Positions 1-13,600 of a stretch of DNA of 64,000 bases are shown here, piece by piece. The position numbers and the translations under genes are program-made. This stretch comes from Phoronis australis (taxonomy: Eukaryota > Animalia > Phoronida). The DNA lies in the NCBI GenBank assembly GCA_002633005.1, contig NMRA01000291.1:450825-514824 (forward strand). Direction: 5' to 3'. Each line of letters starts with the position of its first letter. Position 1 is the first letter of the stretch. The notes below the pieces were generated by a model that saw nothing but the letters and a program-made list of their open reading frames with translations, ran no database searches and was not told the origin of the DNA.

Positions 1-1508
1 CAACTGCAAATTTGGTTTTGAAAACAATTATCACCCAAAAGCATTTGAGGAGGAAAGATGGAGGTGTGTTGTTCATGACTACCTTGGCCTAGGGAATGCA
101 AATCTTGGTTATCAAATAAACTTACAAGAAAGGGAATCAAGCGGCATTAATGATGCTCGGTTATCAAAATCATAAATGGTCGCTTGACATTGTCTTTGAT
201 GCCAACAATATTACAGAATGTCATATGCATTTTTGACTGAAAACAACCCTCATATCAGTGATATGGTAGGCTTGGCTTACACAGTACATGGCTCACGGGC
301 ACGCAAGTCTAGATGTCTTGCGTCTGCATTTAAAAAAATCTTTGATTTTCTTTCTATGCTCGCAGTCTTTGGACCAGGTTATAATTTTGAATTTGCCGTC
401 TTAAAAAGTTATCGGTTTGAGATGAACACTGAGGTTTATAGAAACAACTTTGTATGTCATTGCGACAGTAAAACTGTCAAGGTGTTTCGACCTTGTTGCT
501 GGTCTACACGTGTAACTCTTCTTACAGTAGTACATTTGCATGACTCAATGCATAGTTGAATGGTATTTATGGTCAGTCAGTGTTAGAAAAGTGCTTGTTG
601 GATGGAGCAGTGATAAGTGACCTATGGTAATTTTGTGCAGATAAGGCTGTAATCATTCTGGTGCACATTCAAGCCTTTGGTGATCTATAATCTTGACCTT
701 CCAGAGGAGATTATTTTTGTCTCGTGTTGCAGATTAGTATTTATTTGGTTTACTATGTCATCATAAAACATTTTGGCTTTTCGTTTAATGTGTTTAGTGA
801 AGTTTTGTGAAATAGGTGTTTTCATTTTAATTCCATTAAGTGCATGGATGTTCATATGCACCAAAGTTGAGTGACCGGACTGGATTTGGCAACCTGCACG
901 TCACCAATGCAACCTCAGATTTTGTTTGGCGCCATGCACACATCCAAGCAAACAACAGAAAGTAAATAATCGAGAGGTGGAATCGTTTGGCGAAAACGGA
1001 AGAGTCCATTCATGACTTGTGTACAAATGTCCTGATCGTCTGCCATTTGCATTAGGTAGACTGATCTCGGATGTTTTGGATTGCCGGGTCTCACTTGGCG
1101 AGTAGACGTTATGTTAAGTAACATCGGGCCTGGGTGACTTACTGAGTTTAATGTCTAAGCTACTAATCATTGAAGTATATTCAGTGCTTGGGACAACAAC
1201 TAAAGCCATCAGCTACTGCATGCCTGCAGTAATTTGATAGTTTTTGCTTTTTCTATGATGAAATATTTAGTAAGAAGATAACTGATGTATCACCAGCTGG
1301 CAGTTGACCTATGAATCAAACCCTGATTTTGTTTTAGTGCAGATGTCATAACTACCCCTAATTTTTCCTCGACATGTTAGACATTTGACCATGAAGGTGA
1401 AGCTGCCATTTGGTACAGTGTTCCTGAATACATTTTTTTGTAAATTCCAGAGCAGAGCATGTAACTATGAGCAATCTAGACTGAAGTGTGGCCATAGTTA
1501 GTGTTACC

Positions 1509-1604
1509 ATGGCGATGCGAGATTTGGTAGATGGTGAATGTGGAGGGGCAAATGCCCTGATGAAGCTGACCTCTCACTATACCCAAGACCGGTCCAGGAG
1601 ACAG
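1509..1604 (+). CDS. PEX5: PEX5 coding exon 1
   Basis: [32 protein letters not shown] then gtgaga donor; likely acceptor ttccag at 1450 leaves a short 5' UTR part. Confidence 0.93.
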
Positions 1605-4600
1605 GTGAGATGCTGGCTGTAATGTACTGGGAAATTCTTGTCAAATTGTATGAGCTAAAATTTAATTCAGTTACTGAATATCTGACTTCCAGGATTTCGG
1701 TGTATGACATGTCTAATGGAAATTCAAGTGAGCTTGATAAATCAATGATTTTATGTTTTCAATAAATTTATTGTTGAATAAATTAATGAAATTCAGTTGG
1801 TGTTATATTTAACAGGCATTTAACTATTAACTCCATTGTGTCTTAATTACCGAATGCTAAGTTTGAGTAAGTAATTGTTTTCTGCGGGGTGGGTGTTATT
1901 GTAAAAGATCTGAGCAGTTTTCAATACTTAACATATTTGGAATATTAATGTACATATTTTATACTAGTTCAGAGGAAACATTTTATTCGGACAGGACAGT
2001 TTTTCTCTTAATTTACTTAACCAGCATGTCGTTCATTTTGAATGAGAGCCAAGTTAATTGTCTTCTTGATACACCAATCTTCACTTTGTTGAAAACACCC
2101 ATTCCTTTGCTCTCTAGGTAATTTTTAATCACAATGTGTGTTGCGAAATTTTCAATTTTCATCCGCAATACTTTCAGTAAATAACTTTCAAGCAACTTGC
2201 TTAAACTTTCAATTTCGACTGTATTCAGAGATATACGCATTTTATATATGATATACCTCATCTTGTGGGTATGATGTTGTGGATCGCTGCTGAGTTTGTT
2301 AACTTTGTTTTCAGTACTTTTAACATTATATCAACAGTCCCTCCCTGGACTGTGTGCCTTAGCAGGGGTAGTTTACAGGGTGTTGTGTGAATGTGTTATT
2401 GTCTGCCAATTAATTTAATGTGCTTTTTTGCTCAGGATGGTTTACACCAGATCAGGAGACCTGAGATCACCAGACCCTTTGGGGAGACGACGGAAGAACA
2501 GGTACTGTGCTCTGTTTGTATCATGGTGTTTAACAGTGCTAAGTAATAAAATACAAGCAGTTTTTCTCATATTTTTTGCACAACCTGGACCCAGCACTTT
2601 TGTGATGGAGCCAAGCATGCAAGATATCAGCCTTGTTTTGCGTATGTCCCAGTGGTTTTCTGTCTCAAGATAAATTCAGGTGCTCATCACTGACTACAAA
2701 TGATCCGATATATTTGTATTACTGTGTCTATCTGGGTGAGCTAAGTCATTTTACTTTGCATTATATCTTAACCCAATCTATGAACAGGCAAACTTTTACT
2801 GATATTGTTATGGTTATTAGTGCCTGTAAATACGTGCATTTGTTGACTTGATGAGTGTTTGTGAGATTTCTGCACTTTCAAATTGGTCATCCATCTATGT
2901 TCTAGCTGGTACAGGAGTTCTTGGGTGATCAGCACCAGATGGCGCCCCAGACCTTTAGCATGTCGGGTCTACTACAGGAGATGAGAGAAATAGAAGACTC
3001 ACGGTTACGTTATAATAGTCCGCAAAGAGGTACTAGATTTTTCTGTCAGAAATGACATGCATTCTATAGTCTGGTGTTGTTTTGTACTATCACATGTGTA
3101 TGTCATGTAGTGTTCATTATGGTAAGCTGGTGAACTCTTGTTCTTGTGTTCATGCTAAGCTCTTGTCGTTGTGGTGTAAGCCTTCGAATTCAAAGTGTTG
3201 CTGGTGCTTACGGGTTAATTTGGAACATGACACTGTTGAGTTTAGTTGTGTCTTTAAAATGTTTCTTCGCAAAATCAGCCCAAGAGCAAGCCTAAACTAA
3301 TAACTAAACTTCCAGCTCCTGGTATTGCCGATCTGGCCACACAGGGTGACTGGGTCGATGACTACCTGGCCAGCGAAAAGACCACGGTACCAGAGGCGGA
3401 TTGGACACGTGAGTTTCTGGAGCAGCCTGCACGCACGCTGCAGACACCAAACCCTGAGATTATCAGCGAGACCAAGTGGGCAGAGGATTATCTAGGTCAA
3501 GTGGAAGACACACAGTGGTGAGTGGCCACATTGGGTTGAAAAATTGATATGGTGACCGTGTTCTCAGAAAGGTTTAAGCCTAATTGTCAGTCAAACTTAA
3601 ATTTTTTTATCTATCGTGTCAACCATATGTTGAAGTTGCTGAGTTTGTTGTGAGCTCAGATTCTAGGAAATGTAACAAGCTTACAGTAGGAAAAGCGTTT
3701 TGTTTGGTCTCATCTCTTGCCTTTACTGTAAACTGGCATCTCACAAATTTTTAAAAGCACAAAATTTGACATATACAAAGTAATTTTATTACAACTGCAC
3801 TTTGCCTCTCACGGAGTTACTTCTGTACAGAGAACATTTCATACAGTATGGATATACCGTATTCGCCATAATAACCGCCCATGCCCCTATAAGCTCCCCC
3901 CACGCGTTTTCAGACTTTGCTTAAATAAGCGCTCAGTCCATGAACGTGTACGTGCGAAAAATGCCTTACCTACAGTCCTAAAATTCTACAGTAACGTTCT
4001 CAATTTATCAATAATATCCGACAGTCCTGAAAAACATCACTGCACAGAATTTGTAGACCACGCGCCTCGCCGCTATGTCGGTATTTAGCTGTGACTATAC
4101 ACTTCAAACTTCCGCCATGCCTCAAAACGAACACATCTGCTGATATTGCGAGGACCAATGGTCTGGCCTTTCAGAACACAGGTATTGTACTTGTCAACGG
4201 GATTGCTTTGTAGATATTTCCCGCTTTCAACAAGAATCCAAATTTCTTTGTACATGTGAAAACCGTGAATCAAAGACTAATAAAAAGCTTGGCCAGTGCT
4301 AAAAGCACTTGGCCAGGAAGGGCGCGCTACATACATGAACCTGTCATCAAAGACATTAGTCGGGAACTATCCATTCATGAAACGGGTAGCATAGCATCAG
4401 CAATAAATGAATATTGGCACTAATTTCCGACAGTTTCTAATACTATAAAAAAATGTTTGCGTTATTTTTAAGATGAATTGTTTGATTAACCATAATTGGT
4501 GTTTTTAAGACAAATATCCAATAAAATGACCACTGGCAGTGAATGCTTACACACCCTTACACCAAAAAATAACTAAGTCACGTATGCATCCAGCCACACG

Positions 4601-7600
4601 GTGACTAATATGGCCTTACCGAGACGACCAGCAACTGCTGAATGAAACATGCTCTGGTTTAGGCTTACTGCTTGTGCAATACAAGGCACATCTAGCTCGT
4701 TAGATTGCGTGGCTCTGGCCAAAAGACGGTCTCTGCTCTGGCAAATGAACTCTGGTGACATGCATGCGCTCGCTTACTCGCAAATGCAGACAACTTCAAA
4801 ACAAATGTCACATGACAACAACATGTGTGTTCGTCCAGACATTTTTCTCATGTTGCCGATCACACATGTAGATGACACGATGTAGCACAGATTTGTATTT
4901 AAACCTGCCGTGATCCCGACTCCACGGGAACTTAAAAATCTTAGGGATGCTACTTGGAAAACTTAAGGAGGATTTCAGGTAATTTGCTTGAGTCGAAACT
5001 GTATTTTTATTCAAGGATTCAAGTCGCCATATCGGGATTTCAGCACAATTTTCTCTAAAATGATCATAATTTAGCTGCAAAGTTTGATAGCAATGCACCA
5101 CGGTTTTGTAGAAAGTCTTTCATAGATTACAGACATGTCACAGAGCGTAAATATGATGAATCTTAGCTTCCGATTTCACCCGTTTCGGAGACTGGGTTTC
5201 AACGGCCTTGGGTTATAATAAGCACCCCCCTGAAACAAACTTTTCTAAGCGCCCTGGGCGGTTATTACGGCGAATACGGTATATGATAACATGTGGCTCT
5301 GGGCTTCAGTGCATGGTAAATGTATCATCCGTGATGATGACTTGTCACGAAGTGTTTTGAGTCACTAATACTACTACCCCTGTCATTAGAATGTGACGAG
5401 ACGTCTTGAACCTGGCATTAAAATTAAACACGTGATCACAATCAGGTCAGTTTGTTATGGCAGTTATTGTTACCTGTAAGATTATAAGTTTCATGTTGCT
5501 TTTACGTGGATACGTTGCTAGTAGGGAAACCATTGGTCAAGTTGCGTGTCTATCTTTCAGGTCTGAAGAATATGAAAGGGAACTGTTGGATGATAATCAG
5601 TGGGCTGAACAGTATAACGCTGCTGAGATGGATAATGATTTGGCCAAGGCAGCCAACGATCTCTTGTCATCAGTTGACGACCCCAAGTTATCGAACTCAG
5701 AGGTATATTTGTTGGTGTATTTGTTGGGAAGAGGTTTATCAGAGTTTTGAAGGGCAAGCAACCTTTTGTGTGTTTCATATTGTATTGCTGACTGTCAGTC
5801 AACATGTATATCACAACTGAAAATAGTAAGGTGCACGTTGTTGGTAAGGTAATGATTCTATCATCAAAACTTCAGCTCAGTAGTACCCTTTAGTGTTGAT
5901 TGGAGTGGAAGGGTGTGGAGGTTGATTCTTATTTTTAAATCGTATGAGGTGACCGCTCAAAGAACTCTCTATCACCAATACCTGTTTAAGGCTGGTGCCT
6001 GCGTTGTTTCAGTTCATGAAGTTTATAAAACGGTTAGGGGACGGTGAAATCACCGTCAAGGACAACGAAGTGATTCACACTGAGAAAACTCCCACGGAAA
6101 AGGTCGAGGAGTGGATCTCCGACTTTTCTGCACGGCAGGTAGGTTGGACAGCCACTCACCTGTCGTCTGAGTGGTGTAATGCAATAAGGAGAGTTCTTCA
6201 TAGGTTGGCGACTTTCTCGTGATAACGTTTCATCTCACATGCTTTGCTCTTTTGGTTGTTTGATAGTTAGGTCTCACTGTTTTCTCAGTTCTCTGTAGTT
6301 TTAGCCTGTACTATTGGATTTACAGTACTAACAGTACTAACAAGAATTTTTAGTTGAACCATTTACACTGCATTGTTTCTTTTTTCCTAAGATAACAAGT
6401 CTGTTTGTTCCAATTCGGAATTGGTATGGCTCTGAGGAATTACTGTTTCACATCTAGATGATATGTGCAAATATTTGAGGGGGCATTGGTGCATGCGAAT
6501 CGGTGAGTCATGTACAGATTGAAATACTTATACCTCACAAGACCGGCAACAGCGATTTTTAAAAGCTCTGCACGCCTTTGTGGGGTTTTTCAAAAATTTT
6601 AAGATGTTGGCTAAAATTGATGCTGCTCTGGCATTTTTTCTCTAAGTAGTGAGCACAGATTTCAAAATGTGTTGGGGTACAGACCAGAACGAACTGCGAT
6701 TTTGTGCCTTAGTCTTAGTATAAAGTTTGTGTCCTAGTAAATTTAACAGATAGTGTTAATTCTTTGGAGTGCCAGTATGCTGCACCGACAGTCCTCAGTG
6801 CAGTTTGTGCCACAAGACTAATTATGGAGATTTGCAGTGCTTATTATTTCACTTGGATGTTTGTGTGCTTGAAGCTCTTTTCTGTTCTCACACTCTAAGT
6901 GCGTTTTCTCTCTAATGAGCGCATCACTCACATTCACCGGTGGGTCTAACTTAGCGTGCAGTTTGTGTTCTGGGCATCTCCTGTGTACTTGTCTGATACA
7001 AGTGAGCAGGTGGTGTGTCTAGTGTGCTTGAGAGAATTAATATGCCACTTATTGTAGACAATGTTTAGGTGAAGTTCAACATTTCCATTTCCACAGTTAA
7101 GCCGCTATGAACCATGATGTCAAAAAATTCTTCACAGAATTATTGGCTTTGCCAAAACAATGTGATCGTATTCTTATCATGTGACTGAATTAAAGTGGGT
7201 TGCAATAAATGGAATTCCCTGATGGCCGTACTGCTGCGGTGGTTGAAAGTAACTGGCTTTGGCGAGCAAATTGCTCGTTAAGCTATAATTAAATGCTCTA
7301 ATATGTCATCTGCCTTTGACTAGTATGTTGTTAATTTAAAACCAAGCATTGGAAATCATCAGTTAAAGCCGCACACACATACATTTAAGTCTCGTTGAGT
7401 AGGCCGCCGTATTTTGGCTTCCAGAACTGGCTTGATTTTTTTCAGTATTTAATGTTGTCCACACAAGTGCTTTAGTGTTGGCCATACAAGTGCTTAGCAA
7501 ATAGGTGTTCTTACATATTTGCTGTGCTTTAATTAAATTTGTGCTTGCCATGAACTTAAAAAATGAAATTTAACGGTTGACTCAACTGAATATTCACTCG

Positions 7601-10600
7601 ATGTTGCTAATAAATAAAGGACCTTCTCTTTGAGAGCAGGAGACAGTTCCTAAGCTTGAGGACATTTGTGTGATTTACCTGAAAACAGGCATTTCTATGG
7701 GAAGGCCCCTTGCTTCACTTGTGACACCTTGTGAATTTTGAGCTCTGGGTTGGTGATTGTTGATTTTACTAGACTAAGTTGAATGAGATCTACAGTTATA
7801 GAATATCAACATTACCACAAGTTTAAAGATCTTAATTTTCTGTGATAATGAAAAATGGTCAGAATTTGCTGAGTCTGGCTTCTTTCGTGGAAATGGAGGT
7901 TTGAAACAGAATTCTCATGTTTGAGGAGCAAATGCCATATTTCTAATATTCTTGGTTTCGTTTACCAAAAATTAATATAATCCATCAAATTTGGCAATTT
8001 TGGCCACAAATCGATCGACAGCAGACATGTCCAAGTAGTTGTTCTTTCTTTCTGTGCTGGCTCTGTTCTTTTTACTGTTTTGAACAATATAAACTTAATG
8101 TTCAGCAAGTTATCAGTAAATCGGACCTGTGGCATAACTCAGCGGCCATTTTGGTCTTGCCAAGGGTCTTTTTTGGTGTTTTTGGGAAGAACATTTCTGG
8201 GTGATATTAGAGAAGCAATTGACGGATTTCAATTTAATATTTACACACGTATCAGTATGTGATGGCGTTGCGCTGGTTCCAGTTGATGGTGGGCGGATTT
8301 GACTACTTCAGCACTCCTTAGTGGTCATTCCATTTTGCAAATGATGGCAGCTACCAATTTGAGCAGATTCCTAAAAGTGGTGTACCCATTATTTCATTTG
8401 GTGTCTATCTTTGTATCGGACAAACCTTTACATTGGTCTTTATGAAAAGCACTAGTATTACGAATTTCAGATGTCCAGTGTCCCTTTGTGGCATGTTTTA
8501 TTTCTTTGTTACAAATGTTGAAAAATTGTTTATTATTTGAACTAATTGATTTGATGTTAGTTTTAAAAGTTGATGTACCAATGCTTTTTCTCAACAATGA
8601 CCAGTGCAGCTACCTCTTGTGCTCCAGTTGTTGTCTCCTTATACCTTATAATGATACTGATAAGTGGGCTGGAAGCATACTATTTGCAGTGCACTGTGTG
8701 CGCATATCTATGCTTTGCATTGCTCGTGTTTATTTTTCCATAAAGGACAAGTAGCACCTAATACATGCATTGTCAGTTTCAATTCTGTATCATACCATTA
8801 CAAAATGTTTTGAAAGGTTGAAGGCATTCACAACTATTCTGGAAGGCTTAGAATTTGAAAAAATATCAATTTCAACAATTGCTCATGCCTGTAATTGTTA
8901 GATTTGTGTTCTTGGACCTTTTGATTTCTTACAATTTCAGCTTAAAGGCCTTTTATCATCATGTGTTAAGTAACTTGTGCCTTTGTTTCCCAGAAAGAGA
9001 AGTCATTAGTCGATCGGTGGGCAGAGGAATTTAGTGCGGATGCCGAACCACAGGAGGCGACGGACGTCAACTTCTGGGACCACTTGCAGAAACAGTGGGA
9101 AGACATGGCAAAGGAGTCTGGTGATGATGCCCACCCATGGTTGGATGAATACGAACAGTCAGACAACCTGTACAGGGTAAGTACTGTGTGGAACTTGGCA
9201 TATTCACTGATTAACGTTCTTGTCTTGGACAATCGTAACATTCTGTTGAGTTCAGTAAAAAGGTGTCCAGTACAGACATTTAGGATTTACGACTGTAAAT
9301 TTTTGCTAAATTATTATTTGCTGTTATTCAATGTAATTTCTTCTGAAAACTGATGAATTGGAAAGGTATTGACAATCCGTTGTTACGGGAAGCATAATTT
9401 GTAATAAAAATGAGCTTTTTGTTGCACAACTTTTAGTGCTTGTTGTTTGCCTTTTTAATAACTAACCAATAAATGATATTAATTCATCACTGATCAGAAA
9501 ATTTTCCCCAGGCACATTGGAAGTTTTGAAAAATACAATCGTGTTTTTTAAGAAATTTGAAATTAGTCGTTTTCTTTGTCTTGTTGCTGTTATTCACTGC
9601 TTGTATGTACTGACCATCCTCAACTTTTGTTGCAGCGTTGTGTTTTTGTTTAATATTATTTGTACTTTGTGTGGTGATCGTGCTTCCCATTGTATTACTT
9701 TATCATAAAATGCTAATTTTGCTTCACCTCCTGAATGCACTAAATATTTGCTTAGCTGTGATCTGTCAAAACATTGTTAGTGCTGACCCGCTTTTGAACT
9801 TTTTTTCCTGGCAATGCCTTGAGTTTGTAGTCCTCGTCAGTTCCCTGTGTTACCTCTTTTGGCTTATACAGGTTGTTCCAAAAAACGTTTACAAAATATT
9901 ATAAACTAAAATGAAACTATTAGTCACATGATGTGTGACCAGGGTGTGGTATGCATGAAGACTAATGATTCTTAATTATACTGTATCAAAGCCCCGATTT
10001 ATAACTGTATAAGACAGTATAAGAAATAATTATTGTGAAATATGAGTACCAAGATATGGTTTGATGGAAACCAAACATTTTTCTTATAGCAGAAATTTCA
10101 AAGTTTGTTTTTCAGAAGATAGAGGTTACAAACATTCTAAAGTTGACTCTTATTGCGGAGGGCATAAATTGTTGAGTTTTGCACCAAAGGAAATCACTTA
10201 AAAGAGCTCCCACCATGCATTTTGATTCTTAGTTTATGAGGTTTCAGGGAGCTGGTATGAAATAAATACCATAAAATCTAACTAAATAAGCACTTTTGAT
10301 GCCAAATAGTTGCGAATTTTTTAATTTTGAAGAAAAAATTAGTTATTTACAAATTTCCCACCAAATGATGTAATGCTAATGTTTGGTCACTTGACAATCA
10401 GTTGCACGACTTCTTGAAATGTGCTGAAGAAATTGTGGCTCCCGACTGAATCGCATGTTCCACAGTGACATTCCACACTCTTGTGCGGGACACAAATCGA
10501 TACCACTTCTGTGTAACTTTCACATATGTAGGAAATTTGAACACAGAGTCGTTCTCAGTCAAGTTGCTGTTACTACAACCTCCGCAGATCCACCTTTTCA

Positions 10601-13600
10601 TGTCTGAAAAAGGCCGCTCTCTGTGGACTTTGCTCAACAACTCATAACACTGGTAAAAACAACAACGGCGCACACGATCTTCCACCCATTACGTACAACC
10701 TTGATAATAGAATTTTAAAAAAAATTTTGGCTTGTTTCTTAGGAACGAGTATACTAAAGGCTATTCAATCTCTTTAGTTCTATTAGTAAAATTCTTTTTG
10801 AGGCATTGTGGGAACTCTTTAATGCAGATATTGAGGATTTCTTAACACAGCAGATGAGACAGTTTGATGAACAATTTAGTGTCCCATGGAACCTAATTAC
10901 TGCTAATAACAAAACTGTTTTGGCAAATTTCGTGGTGAAATAAAATTGTAAGTACAAAATCTATTTAATGCACTCACTTTCAACGGAATTGAGCCAAAAA
11001 ATTTGAGACATGAGAAATCTCATTTCACATGAGAATGCATTAAGAAAACTGTATGTTTTCTGCAGTAGAAATTGTGTTTAATTTAAACATAGGATGCAGT
11101 AGTTGAATGAGAAATGTTCGTTCTGTGGAGTATACGAAGACTTTAAGAGAGTCAAATGTGCACAGTCTTCAAAAAACATTTATCTTTATTTCTCTGCAAT
11201 TAGAGTCAACTGTGTGTAATTTTCCTTAGTTGCTTCTGTGCCTTGCTGGAGAAATTTGGGGATTCCTAGAGTATGAAAAGTGCCATTAGTTCCCATTCCC
11301 AGTAAAACCATTTTTGGAATTCATATTTCAGAGTATTTTCATTCACATTTTTGGGACACCCTGTAGTATTGCATTGTCTTAACATTACGCACTGATATTT
11401 CAACATTGAACATTGAATGGGTACTAATTGATAGTTAACTGGAAAGTAACAGGAGTTGGGAAGTTGCTTGAAAAGATAATACATTCTTGTCAGTGCCAAC
11501 ATTACCAAGTTAGAGCGGGAATTTCACACTGCGCAAAAGTTTTTAGTCGGAGATTTCTTTTTGACTAGAAATTCAGTTCACAATTACTACTCAAATGTTT
11601 CATGACTCAGCATACCTAACAGCACTTTGCAGTGAACAGGTGCAGTTGAATCATGTTACAATGAACCTGGTTTTATATGTTCGCTCACTTACAAATTTCC
11701 ATAATTCCAACTTTCCATAATTGCACAAGTCCCAGTCCAACTGTGCAGGGTACAAGCTGGTGTGATTACAGTAAACTTTGATTAGTTGATTCTGGTCTTT
11801 ACCCTGATTAATTTTTAGGCCTGTGTTCACTGACTAAAAAAGTGTCTGCCTATATCGAATGCAACCAATGTTTTGTGTTTTTTGAAAAGCTGTTCAATGG
11901 CAAAGGTAATAAAGGCTTGAAATGTAAAAGTTTACTAAGCGATTAGTTAAAAAAGAAACATAAACTCCATTGTTTTTGCTTGTTTCACGTGGATTTTCTT
12001 TTTTATAGAAAGTGAACAACTAAAAAGATATGCACTATTGACTTGATTTTCAAAAAAAGAACAGAGGCCAGCACCAATGGTGCATTTTTGATCTTCCAAC
12101 CTTGCAGAAAGGTCTGGCAAGGTTCCTTGTAACACAGTTGTATTCTAGGGCATCTTTAAGTATATGCACGCTTTCTGCTATGTGATGCTTAAAGTCTATC
12201 CCCCTAATGTGTTCTGCCTGTGTCAAATCATGCCAAAAGGTTTCTTAAAATTCACCTTTAATTCTCCAGGTTAACCCCAGTGGTACCCTTAGTTTTCACA
12301 ATGTAAGTCCTGTATGTTATGTTTGCCCTGTAGCTCCTAGTTGGCTGCCTACCCCTGTCTGAATCCTGTAGAGAAAGCTGCTAGTGATCTGAACACTGCG
12401 AGATGAGTTCACAGTGGTGATAGTTTGTTTGGGCCTCAAATTTAATCCATTAGAATGAACATCCAAGCATGCTTGCTTTTGTCTCTTGAAGGGTGCTCAT
12501 ATTTGCACATGAAACATGCTTTGCGTCTCTGATCTTTATGGAAATTTTGTTAGCAGGCAGTGCTGATAATTAGGCTTAAAATTCATTTTGGACTTGACGA
12601 AAAAAGTTTTTTGTTTGTGGAGAAGATAATGGGAGACTTTCAATTTGTAAGCACAAAAATGGTGCCCTTGTGTTTTGATTATTTGCTTTTCAAGCATAAT
12701 GGGGACTTGGCTTTAGAGTAACATTTAGCACAGGCTGCTTATCGCATTTTGTATTCCTGTTGTTCATTGTCTCGAAAAGAACCTAAACATAGATTGGAGA
12801 ACTTAATTGAGCCAGCATCAAAATGTTGGAAATGTTTAACTATTGATAATTAAAGGTATATCGAGTGGTGTTTGGGCATTATATGACTGTTATCTTGAAA
12901 CATTCTGTTTCACACAGTCACGAGTGTAAACTGTTTTGATTTTAGAAATCATAATTTTTGCGATGGTCACAAAAATTTAGTCAAAAGAGCAAGGTTGCAC
13001 ATCATTTTCTATGGTTATTCTGTGGTCGGAATGAAACTCATCCAGTACAAGCCAGAAGAAAACGGGAAGAATACCATTTCCCATCATGACTGTCAATTCT
13101 GCCTGCAGATTTTTTCGTGTTCATTCCAGCTGAAAATGACAAGTAATGGATCATCATGTCGGCTGCAGTCTCTTCTCTCAATCTTCACAGCACATTAATC
13201 TAATTCAAAATGTACACAGTCATGTACAATGCACTCAGAGGCATGGTGTAAATAACTTGATTACTGGTGTATATAACGATGTATTACCTGAGCTCTAAGT
13301 TTTCTGACGACACATTGACAGCTGCTAAAATTTATCTATATCCATTTTGATCGTTTCTTGTTTTTGATCGCACTTAGTGAACGTTTTTTAACGCGGTATG
13401 AGTTCGACTCATGTGTACAATTCAGTTGTCGCAAAATTATTTTATAAACAAAAATGGAAACCAATTTTCAAAATACATAAACAATGTTAACAGTAGTAAG
13501 GTTGTTCATTTTGCAAGCAAGACCACCTTCAACAATTAATTTAGACTGCTTAAATGCACTATCCAAACTGGCATTGTTGAACATGACTCATGATTTATTG

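Noticed and set aside
60-350. Possible CR1-type LINE 3' remnant (LQER..KIING-like)
   Set aside because: Too degenerate to support without alignment.
8394-8597. [13 protein letters not shown] zinc-finger-like peptide
   Set aside because: Incomplete motif and no element boundaries found.
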